Source: Octopus sinensis (lineage: Eukaryota). Taken from it: DNA of 64,000 nucleotides. The notes under the pieces were generated by a model that saw nothing but the letters and a program-made list of their open reading frames with translations, did no database searches and had not been told where the DNA came from. Both the position numbers and the translations under genes were made by a program. The stretch covers positions 180,668,001 through 180,732,000 of the forward strand of contig NC_042998.1 in the NCBI RefSeq assembly GCF_006345805.1, written 5' to 3'. Shown piece after piece: positions 56,206 to 64,000 of this stretch; the first letter of the stretch is position 1; each line of letters begins with the position of its first letter.

Positions 56206-57097
56206 TAGTCTCAGTCGAGACATTGATATGATTCAGTAATTTATTTCGAGTAATGACACCAGAATAATGTGCCGCGTCGTATTCCTATTTAATGCTTATC
56301 ATTAGTGGTCTCAGACTTCATGACCGTCCAAGATTAGTTAATAGAAATTTTGCCGAATACCCATACAAGATTATGTAAATGCATCTCGTTGCTTGGAGAA
56401 ATTTTTTTTTTCCTCGAAACTTGGATATTCTTGTATTCTTTTGCGTTGTTAATGGTTTCAGTCATGGGTTTTGTCGAATATATCAGCCTCGCTACTTATT
56501 TATTCCTTAACTTATTTATCCGATATCTATTAATCGTATCATTAAGTTACGTCATTGATATAAAGGTACTCTACTCGTCAGAACCACTGTTTTACACAGA
56601 AATACACATACGCAGGCGCTTACAAAAACACACATATACACACATATAGGTATACAGTGTGTGAGAGTGTGTGTATGCGTGTGAAGATACGTGATCTCGC
56701 GATTAGAATACTAGGTTCAAGTTCATTACTTTGGGATATTATAATATTCAAAAACATAAACGTCTAACTCGACATCCTCCATAAACAAATAGACTCCTAA
56801 CAATAATTACTGGTTATTTCTTGACGTCAAAAACATACTAAAATATTAAAAAAAACAATACCGGTTAATCTAGCATGAAGTATATGTTCAATCGTCTAGA
56901 ATTTTAAAAATCAGAATGCACGACTCCAAGAACTAAAATAAATACAAATGTAAATACAGTACCTAAAAAAATAAACTGATGGCAAAATAGGTGCCAAAAG
57001 AATAGTTACACAATAATTACGAAGAGCAAAACAATAAACAGATCAAATAGTTAAATAATCTATCTTAAAACCACAACATACAACGCAAGAAGTACAG

Positions 57098-57372
57098 GGA
57101 TAAGCAATTTCCTTCCCAGCCTCATGGTTTGGGGTTCAGTCCCACTGTGTGGCAGATTGGAAAGTGTCTTCTACTTTAGCCTCGGTCGACCAAAAGATTG
57201 CGAATAGACAAAAACTGGAAGAAGCCTGGTGTATACATATATATTTATGTGAGTGTCTTTGTATCGGTGTCTGTCCCCCGAAATCACATGACAACTGGAG
57301 TCGATCCGTTTGACTAAAATTCTTCAAGTCACTGCTGCATCATGGTCATAGACAAATGATTGAAAAAGTAAA
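57098..57372 (+). mobile_element. SINE family B, degenerate
   Basis: ggggttcagtcccactgtgtggc...gtgtcttctac...gaagaagcc plus tail gactaaaattcttcaag...gcatcatggtc. Confidence 0.7.
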
Positions 57373-58189
57373 AGCTAACAGTTTAAAGATAATCCAACAG
57401 AGCACCCCATTATTGAAGCAAAAATGAATCAAATGCACAGGAAATACACAATCTATTCAAAAGCAAAATGTAACCAAAATCTTTAAAATGTACTTACCAT
57501 CGCTTAATCACTTCCTAAAAGCACAACACCAATTGTCAAAAAATGCGGTCGCCATAAATGTGGAGCCTCCTTCAATATCGTAAAAAAACAGCCCATAGAA
57601 ACAGCCCATAGAAAAACAGCTCCGGAATGCTTTCACTGCATGTAATCCTTTTATATGTTCATGAAAAAGTTTATTTTTTGCAAGAGAAAAATGTACAATA
57701 TCCATAGAGAACATATGCGAAATCCTAATACAAGACACATTTAGGCTTATAGTTTACACATACATCATCAATAAAATTACCAGCCGTTCATTTGACCCTT
57801 TTGTGAGAAAAGTCAAATATATATATTAAGATAAGTTTATTAAAAATAGAAACCAATTGTGTTATAACAATACATGAAACACAAGCATTACACTATTGTA
57901 GTTAATATTCACACATAGTAATACATATATAAACATATATAAAAGCAAGAAGGTTATTTCTAAATTTTTAACTATTTTTTCAATGCATTTACTGACGTAA
58001 TATATTTTTAAGTCTTTTCGACACAGCTATCATCCATGCAATCGCTTGACCCTCTGATTTCGTAACCTGCATAAACCATCTAAGTAGCAACGCAACTCAT
58101 GGGACTTGAACCGACAGTTTTCAAATTTCAGCCAATATCGAGCGAAATACGGCTTAGCTCCAGATTCTTCTACTGCACACATCTTTTAA

Positions 58190-59209
58190 AAATCTAGAGT
58201 AGCTCGTATACGAGTGGGTATATATTTGTAAAAAATGAAGTTTGAAAATGCTGCTATATTAGACAAATTTTAATTTAACATGTTTCGGTTCTTGAAATGA
58301 CGAACCTTATCAAAAAAAAATTATATATAATAAAGAGAGTCCATGCTATATGTTTAAAGAGTATGATGTAATAGTTCATAATTGTGACATATATTCAATA
58401 GAGTCAAATATACAAAAATTCATATATAATATTCAATACAGTCAAATATAAAAAAATTCATATATAATAAAGAGAGTCCATGCTATATGTTTAAAGAGTA
58501 TGATGTATGATGTATGTTCATAATTGTGACATACATTCAATAGAGTCAAATATAAAGAAAAATTCACGTTCTTTAAAAGGCGAGGAGTTCATTTTAGATT
58601 TTACCTTGTGTTCCAATGGGAGCAACAGTAATGATTTTTGGTCGGTGTCTGCTCGCATAATTTTGGTAAGTTTGAGATTGTTGGATTTATATCAGCTCAG
58701 CTAAGCTGTGGTCACTTGCACTTTTCACTGACGTCATATAGTTCCAAACCAATCAAAACCCAGTCTCAACGAATATAGTGAGGATACAGTTAGGAGTCTT
58801 TTCACTATATTCGTTGAGACTGGGTTTTGATTGGTTTGGAACTATATGACGTCAGTGTAAAGTGCAAGTGACCACAGCTTAGCTGAGCTGATATAAATCC
58901 AACAATCTCAAACTTACCAAAATTATGCGAGCAGACACCGAACAAAAATCATTACAGTTGCTCCCATTGGAACACAAGGTAAAATCTAAAATGAACTCCT
59001 CGCCTTTTCAAGAACATGAATTTTTCTTTATATTTGACTCTATTTAATATATGTCACAATTATGAACTATTACATCATACTCTTTAAACATATAGCATGG
59101 ACTCTCTTTATTATATATAATTTTTTTTGATAAGGTTCATCATTTCAAGAACCGAATCATGTTAAATTAAAATTTGTCTAATATAGCAGCATTTTCAAAC
59201 TTCATTTTT

Positions 59210-59213
<4 letters not shown>
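58190..59213. mobile_element. ~1-kb palindromic Penelope-like pseudo-LTR pair
   Basis: Arms 58227-58781 and 58802-59213 with a 20-nt spacer. The left arm carries an internal duplication of ~140 bp. HHR motifs at 58274-58315 (-) and 59125-59166 (+). Outer ends are homologous to 28441-28925. Confidence 0.85.
58830..58898 (+). promoter_or_regulatory. Candidate pseudo-LTR promoter: reverse CCAAT, CRE (tgacgtca), TATA; mirrored at 58685-58753
   Basis: attgg 58830, tgacgtca 58847-58854, tataaat 58892-58898, upstream of the HHR; function inferred only. Confidence 0.4.
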
Positions 59214-59268
<55 letters not shown>

Positions 59269-59294
59269 CATACATATACATATATATATATATA

Positions 59295-59657
59295 CTAGCA
59301 GTATCGCCCGGCGTTGCTCGGGTTTGTAAGGGAAATAACTATAAAGCATTTTTAGAGAGTTATAGCCCAAAAATAGCAAAAAAATGGGAAAAAATGATGG
59401 TAAATTTTTTTTAGTTAAAAAGGTCGAGTTGCGTCCCCTAGACAGTCTGTGGTTTGTGTTTCTGATTCTCGACCCCATGTCGAATTTATCGATTCTTTTC
59501 AGAACTGGGGGAACTTTTCAAAATTTTCGCTGCGTTAGTTTTGAATTATGACATTGGGCTATGTGTGTGTCAAGTTTCATCAGAATCGGTTGAAAGCCGT
59601 GGTCAGGGTGAGCGTACAACCTGACAGACACACAGACACACAGACAGACAAACTGGC

Positions 59658-59665
<8 letters not shown>
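59295..59665 (-). mobile_element. Non-autonomous Helitron in (TA)n
   Basis: ctagcagtatcgcccggcgttgctcgggtttgtaagggaaataactata shared with 48037; the 5' end merges into (TA)n. Confidence 0.78.
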
Positions 59666-59707
<42 letters not shown>

Positions 59708-60457
59708 TATATATATATCTTTTAAAAAACTTCGAATGTCTTCAACTTTTCTTTTATCACTTCTGTTCGTGTGAAAAATTATCTTGCATGTGTGTACATT
59801 AGTATATGCATATACATATACATATTCACACACATCTATATATATGTGTGTATGTGTACAGAAAGAGAACTAAATACACACACACACATACATATTTATA
59901 TATATATTTATATAAAAATTAGAAAAAAACACCTTTTATCAATTCAAAAAGAACAATTAAATTACACCATCTAGAAAATTACATATAATAGAAAAAATAA
60001 GAATAAAATAAGAATAATATGCTGATGATTAAGTAAATTGCAAAATAAGAAACATACATACATGTATGCGTACATAGATACATTGGAAGTTCACATATAT
60101 ACCAATTATAATTGCTGCACGCAGTTTTGTGAGAAAAGGTTTAATTAAACGAAATCAACCAGCTAACTTACATTACGCAATCTGTAATCGGAATAGTAAA
60201 AATATACAAGACATTTCTCAAGTTCAGTGTTTGAGTACAGTCCAATGTTTGAGCGGCATAGTTTGGTTAGAAACCAGGTCCTTCCTTACAGGAAGAATTC
60301 AAATGATTCAAAAGAGAAGAGAATGTGCATGCGTGTGTGTGTGCCTGTCTGTGTGCGCGCACAAGCGTGTGATATATACGTTTTTGTCTATATATACTTA
60401 CATGTGTTTGCCTTTTTGTCTCTCTTTCTCTCGCTCTCACATCCTCTCTCTTTTCCA

Positions 60458-60493
<36 letters not shown>

Positions 60494-60572
60494 GTATCAC
60501 TCATCTCATATTTTACTTATTTCAGTCATTGGAGCTCAGCCATGCAGGGATACCAACTTCATTGGTTTAATC

Positions 60573-60861
60573 CAGTGGTTCCCAAACGCTTTTGAACTGC
60601 CGCCCCCTTGACACCCATTCCACATTCCTAGTGCCCCCACCTCAACTAAACACGACCAACAGAGACCTCTTTCTGAAGCAGAATCAAAGCAACTGCATTT
60701 CACAAATAAAACTTAACTTCATTAACCTATTATTCTGTTGTTTTTACATCAATTGCCCCCTTTTGGCCACCCCATTATCACCCAACGTTTCTTCAATCCC
60801 CCCCACTTGCAAATTTCCACCGCTCCCACGTGGGCGGTATCAGCCACTTTGGGAAGCACTG
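60573..60861. mobile_element. hAT-like MITE inserted in a SINE B tail
   Basis: TIRs cagtggttcccaaa / tttgggaagcactg; tttaatc duplicated on both sides (7 of the expected 8 bp). Confidence 0.8.
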
Positions 60862-61207
60862 TTTAATCGAACAGATCAGTTGTCTCCGCCTGCGGCAAAC
60901 TACACTCTGCCGCGAGATAGTTGCCTCCATAGCGTGAATCTAAATTATTGGGCATACTCCATGTTATTTTAATCAGCGGCTCTCTTCGGGGCTGCCTTAG
61001 GACATGTAGGAAGAATATAAATGTTTTGGAATTTTCCTTTTCCTCGTTTGATTGCACTAACTGCAGCCAAGAAGTTCAATCTACGCTTACAAAAATCTAT
61101 TAAACCCTGGAAGTAGTAATGGCAATTAAGGCGTTATTCAACGCTTCCCACAACACCAGGAATCCTTAACACAAGACTCAACACCGACTGCATAGACACA
61201 CATATAA

Positions 61208-62047
61208 TATAGAGGATCTTCGTCGATGCCTCCACCAAATTTGGAAGTGGTCTAACGATTGGGACCTGTGTCTGAACGTGTCAAAGTGCTGTCATCTGCC
61301 TGTCGGCTCTACTCCTGCAACTCAACTTGATTTCGAGCCGGGTCGTCTGCTGCTGGAGAGGACCGATCAGGTAAAGGACCTAGGTATCTTGGTGGATTCC
61401 TCCTTTTCGCCTTCGGCCCAGTGCGTCCATGCTGCCAACAAAGCACGCGGAATTCTGTTCTTGATTCGACGGTCATTCGGAATGCTCACAGCAGCCATAT
61501 TCCTACCACTCTATGTCACGCTGGTGAGACCCATATGGAGTATGGGATTCAAGCCTCTTCTCCTTATCTCCTCAAAGACATACAGCATCTCGAAAGAGTC
61601 CAGAAGCTGGCTACCCGCATGGTTCATGGTCTCAAAAATTTGTCCTACAAAGAAAGGCTGAGGACGCTCGACCTTTATTCTCTTGAAAAACGCCGCCGCC
61701 GTAGTGATCTCATTCTCGCCCACAACATCATAAGCGGAAAGTGTAACCTCTCGAAAGAGCTGTTCTTCACTCCTGCTCCAGAGCGTCGGCTGCGGGGTCA
61801 TTCCAAAAAGCTCTACCTGCGACGATTTCATCTCAATCGAAGGAGAAGAGCTTTCTCCGTCCGGGTTGCGGATCCGTGGAACAAGCTGCCAGACGAGATG
61901 GTGAAGATGCCGACGACCGCTTTGTTCAAAGCCTCCCTGGACCTCAAGTGGCCTGAACTCTTTACATGAACACCACCCTGTACTTAACTCCATGTCCCCC
62001 TACATGGCCTTGCTATTTGCTTTTGAGCCAAATTAACTAACTAACTA
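61208..62047 (+). mobile_element. 5'-truncated CR1-clade LINE
   Basis: WSNDWDLCLNVSKC, KDLGILVD, LYVTLVRP/MEYG, LERVQKLATRMV, LYSLEKRRRRSDL, RGH, FSVRVADPWNKLP; (AACT)n tail; TSD acatatat at 61200-61207 and 62048-62055. Confidence 0.9.
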
Positions 62048-62400
62048 ACATATATTTCCTTTACTTGTTTAAATCATGCAAATGCGACTGTGACTGGGTA
62101 TTGCCTGGGTAGAATTTTAGTCAAAAAATTAGCCCCGGCAATTGTATTTTTAAGCCTTGTACTTATTCTATCTGATTCTTTTTGCCAAACCACTAGGTTA
62201 CGTGGTCATAAACATACCAAAACCGGTTGACAAGCGGTGGAGGAAACAAACACAGATACAAACACACGTGCGCGCACGAGCGATTCACAAACATGCACAT
62301 GCGGGCGCGGGCACACACACACACACACGCAGACACACACGCGCGCGCACACACAAGTGCACATATATATCAGGGTGCAGTTGTCATCAGTGTCAATATT

Positions 62401-62437
<37 letters not shown>

Positions 62438-62600
62438 GTGTGTGTGTAATATATATATATATATATATATTTACAGACACACACACATTTATACATACAT
62501 ATATATATATATATATATAAGTGTATATAAATACACATCAATGAATGTATATATGCGGTGCATCAGCATGGCCGCAGCTCTGAGCTGAATCTAGAGAGGA

Positions 62601-62631
<31 letters not shown>

Positions 62632-62717
62632 TATTCGAGACAAAACCACTATTTTGCAAAACAAACAAGGAAAGACTAATTAATACATAAAATTTTAATA
62701 AATAGTCAAAAAAACCG

Positions 62718-62760
62718 CCACTACAATCGTTTCTTGTCTTGATCGACAATCTTCAGGTGG
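62718..62760 (-). ncRNA. Minimal type I hammerhead ribozyme (mirror copy)
   Basis: Exact reverse complement of 62818-62860. Confidence 0.85.
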
Positions 62761-62817
62761 ACTTCCAATAATTCAGTGTCAAATCACTTCATAATTTGAC
62801 ACTGAATTATTGGAAGT

Positions 62818-62860
62818 CCACCTGAAGATTGTCGATCAAGACAAGAAACGATTGTAGTGG
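62818..62860 (+). ncRNA. Minimal type I hammerhead ribozyme
   Basis: ccac-CTGAAGA-ttgtc(gatcaa)gacaa-GAAA-c(gatt)g-TA-gtgg: intact core, all three stems, GUA cleavage triplet. Confidence 0.85.
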
Positions 62861-63033
62861 CGGTTTTTTTGACTATTTATTAAAATTTTATGTATTAATT
62901 AGTCTTTCCTTGTTTGTTTTGCAAAATAGTGGTTTTGTCTCGAATAATATTTTATAATATTTTACTATAAAATCGATTTAATCATAAATCTGATTTTTTC
63001 CCTGTAAATTTGGATTTATTCCCTAATATTTAT

Positions 63034-63077
<44 letters not shown>

Positions 63078-63500
63078 GAGCGAAACGCCCCCACCTCCCG
63101 TCCAATGAACTGTGCTGAGTTGTCAAACATTTACACCAAATTTTCTCAAAACAACTTGTCCGACCGTTCCAAAGGCCTCTCCTTTGAGAAACACTGATTT
63201 AACCTAAATTTGAGACACCAAACAGGCCGGCTTTTTTTGCACAAACTGCACATGGATTTTTCTCGCGTACGCGTAGTATCGATCGCAACAGCTGATGCAC
63301 TTGCACATACAAATGCACGTTCCCACGGCTTTATCGATCGCATTCTCACCTAGAATCGATTTTTGATTTTTGTAATTTTTTCAAGACTTATACACGCCCT
63401 GATACCGTCGGTATCTACATATCAAATTTGAACGCAATCGGATGGAGGATGCCCGAGATCCTAGAAGACACACACACAGACGGAACGGATTTTATATATT
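63078..63500 (-). mobile_element. Helitron-like element lacking a recognisable 3' CTAG end
   Basis: caaatttgaacgcaatcgg...acacagacgg...ttttatata resembles the 5' region of the other Helitrons. Confidence 0.45.
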
Positions 63501-63513
63501 ATATATATATATA

Positions 63514-63577
<64 letters not shown>

Positions 63578-63611
63578 CATAAATTTATATATATATATAT
63601 ATATTATATAT

Positions 63612-63800
63612 AACGGGAAGGTTTACGAAAATAAACAAAAGACGAAGGCAGGTGGAGTACAAACAAACAAATGTATTAGTATGGCGCTCAGGAATAGAAA
63701 TAGAACAAGTCTTCTACGTTTCAAGCCTACGCTCTTCGACAGAAAGATACACAGAAAAAAAAAACAAGGAGAGAAAAAAAGGAGAGGAAAAAAAGGAAAA
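63612..63800 (-). mobile_element. Solo Penelope-like terminus with hammerhead-like motif
   Basis: Minus strand tcttt-ctgtcga-agagc(gtag)gctt-gaaacgta-gaaga at ~63710-63747; abuts (TA)n. Confidence 0.55.
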
Positions 63801-64000
63801 CGTATGTATGTATGTATGCATGTATGTATGTATGTACGTATGTATGTATGTATGTGTATACCCAACTTATCTGCTCACTATAATCACCAGCATGATGCTT
63901 ACTCATTGACCTGTTCACTTCCCTAACGGCCATATCTTCTTCGAATATTTTGTCACGAGAAAAGCAGAATGGTGTCGTGTCCATGGATTTGTATCTCAAA

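Larger units (their letters stand above)
62622..63040. mobile_element. Perfect 163-bp inverted repeat (Penelope-like pseudo-LTR) plus unpaired tail, in (TA)n
   Basis: Arms 62622-62784 and 62794-62956, 9-nt loop cacttcata, tail 62957-63040. Confidence 0.9.

Overview
AT-rich, microsatellite-saturated eukaryotic DNA with no recognisable host exon. The repeat repertoire suggests a cephalopod (octopus-like) intron or intergenic region; this is an inference, not a database result. Almost all listed ORFs are microsatellite artefacts. The real coding remnants all belong to transposons: a Chapaev-type (CMC) relic, several R4/Dong-type RLE retrotransposon pieces in (AAT)n, a Penelope-like GIY-YIG fragment, an internally deleted mariner, a CR1-type LINE and a weak RTE fragment. 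Non-coding elements include several tRNA-derived SINE families (one as a dimer), Helitrons, two GGATC-ended elements with 8-bp TSDs (Merlin-like) and a hAT-like MITE. The most striking feature is a dense set of long DNA palindromes and solo termini carrying minimal hammerhead ribozyme (HHR) motifs, read as Penelope-like pseudo-LTRs. Two of these families use a compensatory U3-A8 catalytic core. One Penelope-like end has a tRNA-like pol III head overlapping the ORF stop codon. A separate ~770-bp non-coding tandem unit carries an unassigned, apparently pseudoknotted RNA motif instead of a canonical HHR. All pairings and coordinates were read by eye.
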